From Tubulanus polymorphus (taxonomy: Eukaryota; Animalia; Nemertea): a DNA stretch of 64,000 nt. Both the position numbers and the translations under genes were made by a program. The notes under the pieces were generated by a model, which worked only from the letters and a program-made list of their open reading frames with translations, ran no database searches and was not told where the DNA came from. The first letter of the stretch is position 1, and every line of letters starts with the position of its first letter. Positions 10,401 through 20,800 of this stretch are shown here, piece after piece. The DNA lies in the NCBI RefSeq assembly GCF_964204645.1, contig NW_027437455.1, forward strand, positions 38,455 through 102,454. The letters are read 5' to 3'.

Positions 10401-11510
10401 TAATTTGATTAAATCAAATACATTTATCTTTATATTATTATCTCTTTCTATTTTTGGAATATTTTTAATTCTAACAGGATACTTATCTATCTTATAATTA
10501 TTTTCAAATTGTTTATAATGAGTTAATCTATAAGTATGTTTATTATAATCTTCAACTGGGTGTAAACAACTTATTATAGCCCATAGAAAACATTTATCAT
10601 CTTCATTTTGTATATTTATTACACCATTAGTTTTAAATGGTAGTTTAATATAACTTGTTCCATTTATACTATCATCTTTATAATATGATAAATTATTTTC
10701 ATCAATTGGTTTTGATTTAGTTAACTTATTATATTTTGTGTTATAAACATGTAAAGTTATAAATATTATCTCATCAAACATTAAACCAGATCCTTCAAAA
10801 TATTTCTCTTCTATTTTAGTTTTTATTTCATTATAACATTTATTTAATTTATCATCTATATGTTGTTTAGATATAATATGTTGTGAATGAGAATTTATAT
10901 TATATATTGGTTTATCTTCAGATTTTATAAACTTTACTTTAACTGATATACTAATTTTAGGATATTCAACATCTGTAATTATTTTTATTATTTCTTTCAT
11001 ATTTTCTAAATGTTTTTTATTTTCTTCTAATGTTTTTCCTTTATGAAATTTAAACTCGATAGCTGCTGGACCAATATCACTTTTAAATGCTTCGGTTATC
11101 TCTATATCTTTTTTATTATCTAATGAATTAATATAATTTCTTACATCTTCCATATATGGTCTTTTATTGTTTAATTTATTTTTTATTCTTTTAATTGTCT
11201 TCTGTTTCTTATCGTTATCATTATCAAAATAATCTTCACCTAAAATATCATTATTCTTATTTCTAATATGACTTATAGATTTTAAATGTTCTTTATAATA
11301 TCTTTTATCACTGAATGATTGATTACATGTATCACATTTGTATGTTTCTTTTTCATTCTTTAATTCTTCTAATTTAGTTTCTAATATATCATCCTTATAT
11401 TCTAGTTTCAATTTATTCTCTAAATGTGTTATAGTTTTATTGTGTCTTGCTTTTTGAGATTTATCTATATCGATATTACATGTTGGGCAGTAGTATTTAT
11501 TTGCTTCCAT
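7476..11510 (-). CDS. polB: Protein-primed family B DNA polymerase with N-terminal zinc fingers, vOTU-like region and inserted endonuclease VII-like domain
   Basis: 1344 aa intact. ExoI VIYGDFES, ExoII FHNLSGYD, ExoIII YLKSDV; Pol motifs YIDANNLYG, KLMNNAFYGK, YLDTDS, KMY, KLKG. EndoVII-like CYYC..VRDHDHLNGKFRGAAHENCN. Candidate vOTU Cys/His residues in DKCFLWA...HYMWI. Confidence 0.95.
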   Translation of the reverse strand: MEANKYYCPTCNIDIDKSQKARHNKTITHLENKLKLEYKDDILETKLEELKNEKETYKCDTCNQSFSDKRYYKEHLKSISHIRNKNNDILGEDYFDNDNDKKQKTIKRIKNKLNNKRPYMEDVRNYINSLDNKKDIEITEAFKSDIGPAAIEFKFHKGKTLEENKKHLENMKEIIKIITDVEYPKISISVKVKFIKSEDKPIYNINSHSQHIISKQHIDDKLNKCYNEIKTKIEEKYFEGSGLMFDEIIFITLHVYNTKYNKLTKSKPIDENNLSYYKDDSINGTSYIKLPFKTNGVINIQNEDDKCFLWAIISCLHPVEDYNKHTYRLTHYKQFENNYKIDKYPVRIKNIPKIERDNNIKINVFDLIKLPNTKGNNIKHYTLEPLYLSKDYDSNDVIDILYYENHYMWIKRIDLFFKSENDFDNKIYLCRKCLHKFRTEGALLNHKQLCDNHDYCKLVLPNEKDKILEFKKYDYKNKVPFVIYGDFESLNKELTDKDRKDIYYKRKKLNSNESDYSEEPPITNTIKMIHQSAAAFGLYIKSDYPELIESEYYHYRNENVINHFCDLLIEYEIRFSKLLNTNKEIIMTEEDKEVFAFADKCYYCEKIFNYKDKKVRDHDHLNGKFRGAAHENCNLQAKKVNFVPIIFHNLSGYDAHLFIKQLCHKIEEINNEIERLNSNRSKDKIPTYKFRMLAKTSENYISFQFGCLRFIDSYRFLNSSLDNLSKSLVDDELKILKEYYPNYDDFKLMRYKGAIPYSFYKNHNDFKITELLKEQFYDEIKNEYVKDEVYNRTLNIWNHFEIKNHGQLVDLYLKSDVLLLTDIFERFRDVNLKYFNIDPCHCYSSPGLTWDCGLKFTDIKMDLLTNIDQLLLFEKSIRGGVSGVLGDRYFNVNDNPGYKLLYIDANNLYGWAMIEPQPYGMFEITEVLQIDKFDWKKRILDIADDSDIGYFFVVDLEYPENIKFKSRNLAYCPEHKTVKHEELSNYQKRIKPDNHIHTEKLMVTQEDKYNYVVHYRMLKFYLNQGMILKKVHRYISFSQSKWLEKYIDFNTTQRTEAKTDFEKDFFKLMNNAFYGKTCENIRNRNDIELVSNGKRIRHLQSYPKFIGNRIFDENLAAVKLKRTSMKFNKPIYVGASVLELSKLLMYQFYYNILQPHFGEKNIEILYLDTDSYILKIKSDNITKDLKILKHHFDFSNYPKDHELFSNDNKKVPGKFKDELGGEEMIEFIGIRSKMYSYKTKEHEAKKLKGITKSVVEKNIHFKDYINCIFNEEVRKHKMKCLRSEYHEMFIEEIEKISLNPFDDKRYILDDGIHTVAYGCNLDEYIKFKREETKENEIMKRILAC

Positions 11511-11590
11511 TTTAATACTATATTTTTTATTAAAATTGATTTTAGAAGTTCAATGATTTAAATGTTATTCATATATGTGAATATTTTAAG

Positions 11591-11859
11591 AGTAATAGGG
11601 GTTTAGTTGTTTCAAGCTAAAGGTTGAACGGGCGGGTGAGTAAAAATGAAAAAACATAAAAATAATAACAATTTCTACTTGAATTAGGAGTGAAACTCAT
11701 AAAAATGAAAAATAAATTCGAGCGTGTGAGAATTTATTTTTCATTTTTATGAGTTTTGCGAGTAATTCAAGTAGAAATTGTTATTATTTTTATGTTTTTT
11801 CATTTTTTACGAGCTCGACCGTTCGACCTTTGGCCTGAAACAACTAAACCCCTATTACT
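11591..11859. repeat. 269-bp imperfect palindrome (terminal hairpin) at the element end
   Basis: Arm 11591-11719 (AGTAATAGGGGTTTAGTTGTTTCA...AAATTC) is the reverse complement of 11730-11859 apart from a few bubbles. The loop is GAGCGTGTGA (11720-11729). Confidence 0.95.
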
Positions 11860-14800
11860 GACATTGTCGTTTTTCCGATAGGGGGAATATTTGATACGAA
11901 AACGTCTTTTCTCGCGCTGAACGACGTTTTCGGGTCGAAAAGTGCTTTTCCTGACGATTTGAGCGCTTTTACGCATCGACATTGTCGTTTTTCCGATAGG
12001 GGGAATATTTGATACGAAAACGTCTTTTCTCGCGCTGAACGACGTTTTCGGGTCGAAAAGTGCTTTTCCTGACGATTTGAGCGCTTTTACGCATCGACAT
12101 TTTCGTTTTTCCGATAGGGGGAATATTTGATACGAAAACGTCTATTCCCGCGCTGAACGACGTTTTCGGGTCGAAAAGTGCTTTTCCTGACGATTTGAGC
12201 GTTTTTACGCATCGACATTGTCGTTTTTCCGATAGGCGGAATGTTTGATACGAAAACGTCTTTTCTCGCGCTGAACGACGTTTTCGGGTCGAAAAGTGCT
12301 TTTCCTGACGATTTGAGCGCTTTTACGCATCGACATTGTCGTTTTTCCGATAGGGGGAATATTTGATACGAAAACGTCTTTTCTCGCGCTGAACGACGTT
12401 TTCGGGTCGAAAAGTGCTTTTCCTGACGATTTGAGCGCTTTTACGCATCGACATTTTCGTTTTTCGGATAGGGGGAATATTTGATACGAAAACGTCTTTT
12501 CTCGCGCTGAACGACGTTTTCGCGTCGAAAAGTGCTTTTCCTGACGATTTGAGCGCTTTTACGCATCGACATTTTCATTTTTCCGATAGGGGGAATATTT
12601 GATACGAAAACGTCTTTTCTCGCGCTGAACGACGTTTTCGCGTCGAAAAGTGCTTTTCCTGACGATTTGAGCGCTTTTACGCATCGACATTTTCGTTTTT
12701 CCGATAGGGGGAATATTTGATACGAAAACGTCTTTTCTCGCGCTGAACGACGTTTTCGGGTCGAAAAGTGCTTTTCCTGACGATTTGAGCGCTTTTACGC
12801 ATCGACATTGTCGTTTTTCCGATAGGGGGAATATTTGATACGAAAACGTCTTTTCTCGCGCTGAACGACGTTTTCGGGTCGAAAAGTGCTTTTCCTGACG
12901 ATTTGAGCGCTTTTACGCATCGACATTGTCGTTTTTCCGATAGGGGGAATATTTGATACGAAAACGTCTTTTCTCGCGCTGAACGACGTTTTCGCGTCGA
13001 AAAGTGCTTTTCCTGACGATTTGAGCGCTTTTACGCATCGACATTGTCGTTTTTCCGATAGGCGGAATGTTTGATACGAAAACGTCTTTTCTCGCGCTGA
13101 ACGACGTTTTCGGGTCGAAAAGTGCTTTTCCTGACGATTTGAGCGCTTTTACGCATCGACATTTTCGTTTTTCCGATAGGGGGAATATTTGATACGAAAA
13201 CGTCTTTTCTCGCGCTGAACGACGTTTTCGGGTCGAAAAGTGCGTTTCCTGACGATTTGAGCGCTTTTACGCATCGACATTGTCGTTTTTCCGATAGGGG
13301 GAATATTTGATACGAAAACGTCTTTTCTCGCGCTGAACGACGTTTTCGGGTCGAAAAGTGCTTTTCCTGACGATTTGAGCGCTTTTACGCATCGACATTG
13401 TCGTTTTTCCGATAGGGGGAATATTTGATACGAAAACGTCTTTTCTCGCGCTGAACGACGTTTTCGGGTCGAAAAGTGCTTTTCCTGGCGATTTGAGCGC
13501 TTTTACGCATCGACATTTTCGTTTTTCCGATAGGGGGAATATTTGATACGAAAACGTCTTTTCTCGCGCTGAACGACGTTTTCGCGTCGAAAAGTGCTTT
13601 TCCTGACGATTTGAGCGCTTTTACGCATCGACATTGTCGTTTTTCCGATAGGGGGAATATTTGATACGAAAACATCTTTTCTCGCGCTGAACGACGTTTT
13701 CGGGTCGAAAAGTGCTTTTCCTGACGATTTGAGCGCTTTTACGCATCGACATTGTCGTTTTTCCGATAGGGGGAATATTTGATACGAAAACGTCTTTTCT
13801 CGCGCTGAACGACGTTTTCGGGTCGAAAAGTGCGTTTCCTGACGATTTGAGCGCTTTTACGCATCGACATTGTCGTTTTTCCGATAGGGGGAATATTTGA
13901 TACGAAAACGTCTTTTCTCGCGCTGAACGACGTTTTCGGGTCGAAAAGTGCTTTTCCTGACGATTTGAGCGCTTTTACGCATCGACATTTTCGTTTTTCC
14001 GATAGGGGGAATATTTGATACGAAAACGTCTTTTCTCGCGCTGAACGACGTTTTCGCGTCGAAAAGTGCTTTTCCCGACGATTTGAGCGCTTTTACGCAT
14101 CGACATTTTCGTTTTTCCGATAGGGGGAATATTTGATACGAAAACGTCTTTTCTCGCGCTGAACGACGTTTTCGCGTCGAAAAGTGCTTTTCCTGACGAT
14201 TTGAGCGCTTTTACGCATCGACATTTTCATTTTTCCGATAGGGGGAATATTTGATACGAAAACGTCTCTTCCCGCGCTGAACGAACGTTTTCGGGTCGAA
14301 AAGTGCTTTTCCTGACGATTTGAGCGCTTTTACGCATCGACATTTTCGTTTTTCCGATAGGGGGAATATTTGATACGAAAACGTCTTTTCTCGCGCTGAA
14401 CGACGTTTTCGCGTCGAAAAGTGCTTTTCCTGACGATTTGAGCGCTTTTACGCATCGACATTGTCGTTTTTCCGATAGGGGGAATATTTGATACGAAAAC
14501 GTCTTTTCTCGCGCTGAACGACGTTTTCGCGTCGAAAAGTGCTTTTCCTGACGATTTGAGCGCTTTTACGCATCGACATTTTCGTTTTTCCGATAGGGGG
14601 AATATTTGATACGAAAACGTCTCTTCCCGCGCTGAACGAACGTTTTCGGGTCGAAAAGTGCTTTTCCTGACGATTTGAGCGCTTTTTCGCATCGACATTT
14701 TCGTTTTTCGGATAGGGGGAATATTTGATACGAAAACGTCTTTTCTCGCGCTGAACGACATTTTCGCGTCGAAAAGTGCTTTTCCTGACGATTTGAGCGC

Positions 14801-17800
14801 TTTTACGCATCGACATTTTCATTTTTCCGATAGGGGGAATATTTGATACGAAAACGTCTTTTCTCGCGCTGAACGACGTTTTCGCGTCGAAAAGTGCTTT
14901 TCCTGACGATTTGAGCGCTTTTACGCATCGACATTGTCGTTTTTCCGATAGGCGGAATGTTTGATACGAAAACGTCTTTTCTCGCGCTGAACGACGTTTT
15001 CGGGTCGAAAAGTGCTTTTCCTGACGATTTGAGCGCTTTTACGCATCGACATTGTCGTTTTTCCGATAGGGGGAATATTTGATACGAAAACGTCTTTTCT
15101 CGCCCTGAACGACGTTTTCGCGTCGAAAAGTGCTTTTTCCTGACGATTTGAGCGCTTTTACGCATCGACATTGTCGTTTTTCCGATAGGGGGAATATGCG
15201 ATACGAAAACGTTCTTTCTCGCGCTGAACGACGTTTTCGGGTCGAAAAGTGCTTTTCCTGACGATTTGAGCGCTTTTACGCATCGACATTGTCGTTTTTC
15301 CGATAAGGGGAATATTCGATACGAAAACGTCTTTTCTCGCGCTGAACGACGTTTTCGCGTCGGAATATTTGATACGAAAACGTCTCTTCCCGCGCTGAAC
15401 GAACCTTTTCGGGTCGAAAAGTGCTTTTCCTGACGATTTGAGCGCTTTTACGCATCGACATTGTCGTTTTTCCGATAGGGGGAATATTTGATACGAAAAC
15501 GTCTTTTCTCGCGCTGAACGACGTTTTCGCGTCGAAAAGTGCTTTTCCTGACGATTTGAGCGCTTTTACGCATCGACATTGTCGTTTTTCCGATAGGGGG
15601 AATATTTGATACGAACGCTCTTTCGCGCCGAACGACGTTTTCGTGTTGAGCGCTTTCTGACGATTTGAGTGCTTTTACGCATCGACATTGTCGTTTTTCC
15701 GATAGGGGGAAGGATTGATACGAAAACGTCTTTTTCGCGCTGAACGACGTTTTCGCGTCGAAAAGCGCTTTTCCTGACGATTTGAGCGCTTTTACGCATC
15801 GACATTTTCGTTTTTCGGATAGGGGGAATATTTGATACGAAAACGTCTTTTCTCGCGCTGAACGACGTTTTCGGGTCGAAAAGTGCTTTTCCTGGCGATT
15901 TGAGCGCTTTTACGCATCGAAATTTTCGTTTTTCCGATAGGGGGAATATTTGATACGAAAACGTCTTTTCTCGCGCTGAACGACGTTTTCGCGTCGAAAA
16001 GTGCTTTTCCTGACGATTTGAGCGCTTTTACGCATCGACATTGTCGTTTTTCCGATAGGCAGATTTGAATACGAAAACGTCTTTTCTCGCGCTGAACGAC
16101 GTTTTCGGGTCGAAAAGTGCTTTTCCTGACGATTTGAGCGCTTTTACGCATCGACATTGTCGTTTTTCCGATAGGGGGAATATTTGATACGAAAACGTCT
16201 TTTCTCGCGCTGAACGACGTTTTCGCGTCGAAAAGTGCTTTTCCTGACGATTTGAGCGCTTTTACGCATCGACATTTTCATTTTTCCGATAGGGGAATAT
16301 TTGATACGAAAACGTCTCTTCCCGCGCTGAACGAACGTTTTCGGTCGAAAAGTGCTTTTCCTGACGATTTGAGCGCTTTTACGCATCGACATTTTCGTTT
16401 TTCCGATAGGGCAGATTTGATACGAAAACGTCTTTTCTCGCGCAGCGCGTTTTCTCGCGTCGAAAAGTGCTTTTCCTGACGATTTGAGCGCTTTTACGCA
16501 TCGACATTGTCGTTTTTCCGATAGGGGGAATATTTGATACGAAAACGTCTTTTCTCGCGCTGAACGACGTTTTCGCGTCGAAAAGTGCTTTTCCTGACGA
16601 TTTGAGCGCTTTTACGCATCGACATTTTCGTTTTTCCGATAGGGGGAATATTTGATACGAAAACGTCTTTTCTCGCGCTGAACGACGTTTTCGCGTCGAA
16701 AAGTGCTTTTCCTGACGATTTGAGCGCTTTTACGCATCGACATTGTCGTTTTTCCGATAGGGCAGATTTTGATACGCAGAGTTCTTCGCGCCGTAACGAC
16801 GTTTTCGCGTCGAAAAGTGCTTTTCCTGCCGATTTGAGCGCTTTTTACGCATCGACATTGTCGTTTTTCGGATAGGGGGAATATTTGATACGAAAACGTC
16901 TTTTCCCGCGCTGAACGACGTTTTCGGGTCGAAAAGTGCTTTTCCTGACGATTTGAGCGCTTTTACGCATCGACATTTTCGTTTTTCCGATTGGGGGAAT
17001 ATTTGATACGAAAACGTCTATTCGCGCGCTGAACGACGTTTTCGGGTCGAAAAGTGCTTTTCCTGACGATTTGAGCGCTTTTACGCATCGACATTGTCGT
17101 TTTTCCGATAGGGGGAATATTTGATACGAAAACGTCTTTTCTCGCGCTGAACGACGTTTTCGGGTCGAAAAGTGCTTTTCCTGACGATTTGAGCGCTTTT
17201 ACGCATCGACATTTTCGCTTTCTGATAGGGGGAATATTTGATACGAAAACGTCTTTTCTCGCGCTGAACGACGTTTTCGGGTCGAAAAGTGCTTTTCCTG
17301 ACGATTTGAGCGCTTTTACGCATCGACATTTTCGTTTTTCGCATAGGGACATTTTGATACCAAAACGTCTTTTCTCGTGCTGAACGACGTTTTCGCGTCG
17401 AAAAGTGCTTTTCCTGACGATTTGAGCGCTTTTACGCATCGACATTTTCGTTTTTGGCACAGGGAATATTTGATACGAAAACGTCTTTCTCGCGCTGAAC
17501 GACGTTTTCGCGTCGAAAAGTGCTTTTCCTGACGATTTGAGCGCTTTTACGCATCGACATTGTCGTTTTTCCGATAGGGGGAATATTTGATACGAAAACG
17601 TCTTTTTTCGCGCTGAACGACGTTTTCGGGTCGAAAAGTGCTTTTCCTGACGATTTGAGCGCTTTTACGCATCGACATTGTCGTTTTTCCGATAGGGGGA
17701 ATATTTGATACGAAAACGTCTTTTCTCGCGCTGAACGACGTTTTCGGGCTCGAAAAGTGCTTTTCCTGACGATTTGAGGCGCTTTTACGCATCGACATTT

Positions 17801-20800
17801 TCATTTTTCCGATAGGGGGAATATTTGATACGAAAACGTCTCTTCCCGCGCTGAACGAACGTTTTCGGGTCGAAAAGTGCTTTTCCTGACGATTTGAGCG
17901 CTTTTACGCATCGACATTTTCGTTTTTCGGATAGGGGGAATATTTGATACGAAAACGTCTCTTCCCGCGCTGAACGAACGTTTTCGGGTCGAAAAGTGCT
18001 TTTCCTGGCGATTTGAGCGCTTTTACGCATCGGCATTTTCGTTTTTCGGATAGGGGGAATATTTGATACGAAAACGTCTTTTCTCGCGCTGAACGACGTT
18101 TTCGCGTCGAAAAGTGCTTTTCCTGACGATTTGAGCGCTTTTACGCATCGACATTTTCGTTTTTCGGATAGGGGGAATATTTGATACGAAAACGTCTTTT
18201 CTCGCGCTGAACGACGTTTTCGGGTCGAAAAGTGCTTTTCCTGGCGATTTGAGCGCTTTTACGCATCGACATTTTCGTTTTTCCGATAGGGGGAATATTT
18301 GATACGAAAACGTCTTTTCTCGCGCTGAACGACGTTTTCGCGTCGAAAAGTGCTTTTCCTGACGATTTGAGCGCTTTTACGCATCGACATTGTCGTTTTT
18401 CCGATAGGGGGAATATTTGATACGAAAACGTCTTTTCTCGCGCTGAACGACGTTTTCGGGTCGAAAAGTGCTTTTCCCGACGATTTGAGCGCTTTTACGC
18501 ATCGACATTTTCATTTTTCCGATAGGGGGAATATTTGATACGAAAACGTCTCTTCCCGCGCTGAACGAACGTTTTCGGGTCGAAAAGTGCTTTTCCTGAC
18601 GATTTGAGCGCTTTTACGCATCGACATTTTCGTTTTTTCCGATAGGGGGAATATTTGATACGAAAACGTCTTTTCTCGCGCTGAACGACGTTTTCGCGTC
18701 GAAAAGTGCTTTTCCCGACGATTTGAGCGCTTTTACGCATCGACATTGTCGTTTTTCCGATAGGGGGAATATTTGATACGAAAACGTCTTTTCTCGCGCT
18801 GAACGACGTTTTCGGGTCGAAAAGTGCTTTTCCCGACGATTTGAGCGCTTTTACGCATCGACATTGTCGTTTTTCCGATAGGGGGAATATTTGATTCGAA
18901 AACGTTTTTTCTCGCGCTGACCGACGTTTTCGCGTCGAAAAGTGCTTTTCCTGACGATTTGAGCGCTTTTACGCATCGACATTTTAATTTTTCCGATAGG
19001 GGGAATATTTGATACGAAAACGTCTCTTCCCGCGCTGAACGAACGTTTTCGGGTCGAAAAGTGCTTTTCCTGACGACTTGAGCGCTTTTACGCATCGACA
19101 TTTTCGTTTTTCGGATAGGGGGAATATTTGATACGAAAACGTCTTTTCTCGCGCTGAACGACGTTTTCGCGTCGAAAAGTGCTTTTCCTGACGATTTGAG
19201 CGCTTTTACGCATCGACATTTTCATTTTTCCGATAGGGGGAATATTTGATACGAAAACGTCTCTTCCCGCGCTGAACGAACGTTTTCGGGTCGAAAAGTG
19301 CTTTTCCTGACGATTTGAGCGCTTTTACGCATCGACATTTACGTTTTTCGGATAGGGGGAATATTTGATACGAAAACGTCTTTTCTCCCGCTGAACGACG
19401 TTTTCGCGTCGAAAAGTGCTTTTCCTGACGATTTGAGCGCTTTTACGCATCGACATTGTCGTTTTTCCGACAGGGGGAATATTTGATACGAAAACGTCTT
19501 TTCTCGCGCTGAACGACGTTTTCGGGTCGAAAAGTGCTTTTCCTGACGATTTGAGCGCTTTTACGCATCGACATTGTCGTTTTTCCGATAGGGGGAATAT
19601 TTGATACGAAAACGTCTTTTCTCGCGCTGAACGACGTTTTCGCGTCGAAAAGTGCTTTTCCTGACGATTTGAGCGCTTTTACGCATCGACATTGTCGTTT
19701 TTCTGATAGGGGGAATATTTGATACGAAAACGTCTTTTCTCGCGCTGAACGACGTTTTCGCGTCGAAAAGTGCTTTTCCTGACGATTTGAGCGCTTTTAC
19801 GCATCGACATTTTCATTTTTCCGATAGGGGGAATATTTGATACGAAAACGTCTTTTCTCGCGCTGAACGACGTTTTCGGGTCGAAAAGTGCTTTTCCTGA
19901 CGATTTGAGCGCTTTTACGCATCGACATTGTCGTTTTTCCGATAGGGGGAATATTTGATACGAAAACGTCTTTTCTCGCGCTGAACGACGTTTTCGCGTC
20001 GAAAAGTGCTTTTCCTGACGATTTGAGCGCTTTTACGCATCGACATTGTCGTTTTTCCGATAGGGGGAATATTTGATACGAAAACGTCTTTTCTCGCGCT
20101 GAACGACGTTTTCGGGTCGAAAAGTGCTTTTCCTGACGATTTGAGCGCTTTTACGCATCGACATTTTCGTTTTTCCGATAGGGGGAATATTTGATACGAA
20201 AACGTCTTTTCTCGCGCTGAACGACGTTTTCGCGTCGAAAAGTGCTTTTCCTGACGATTTGAGCGCTTTTACGCATCGACATTGTCGTTTTTCTGATAGG
20301 GGGAATATTTGATACGAAAACGTCTTTTCTCGCGCATAACGACGTTTTCGGGTCGAAAAGTGCTTTTCCTGACGATTTGAGCGCTTTTACGCATCGACAT
20401 TGTCGTTTTTCCGATAGGGGGAATATTTGATACGAAAACGTCTTTTCTCGCGCTGAACGACGTTTTCGCGTCGAAAAGTGCTTTTCCCGACGATTTGAGC
20501 GCTTTTACGCATCGACATTTTCATTTTTCCGATAGGGGGAATATTTGATACAAAAACGTCTCTTCCCGCGCTGAACGAACGTTTTCGGGTCGAAAAGTGA
20601 TTTTCCTGACGATTTGAGCGCTTTTACGCATCGACATTTTCGTTTTTCGGATAGGGGGAATATTTGATACGAAAACGTCTTTTCTCGCGCTTAACGACGT
20701 TTTCGCGTCGAAAAGTGCTTTTCCTGACGATTTGAGCGCTTTTACGCATCGACATTTTCATTTTTCCGATAGGGGGAATATTTGATACGAAAACGTCTCT

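Larger units (their letters stand above)
1..11859 (-). mobile_element. Endogenous Polinton/Maverick-like virus (PLV/adintovirus-like), right part; left part outside the window
   Basis: Protein-primed PolB plus capsid-like genes. Compact, intronless, co-oriented ORFs in very AT-rich DNA. Terminus reads 5'-AGTAAT on the minus strand (Polinton ends start with AG). Sharp junction with satellite at 11859/11860. Confidence 0.92.

Noticed and set aside
1-11510. Bacteriophage/prophage or free linear plasmid
   Set aside because: No Shine-Dalgarno pattern; the PolB is of eukaryotic Polinton type and is joined to satellite and LTR-containing DNA.
11591-11859. Independent MITE forming the palindrome
   Set aside because: No TSD (left flank TTTAAG, right flank GACATT), and it sits exactly at the element/satellite boundary with a Polinton-type AG end.
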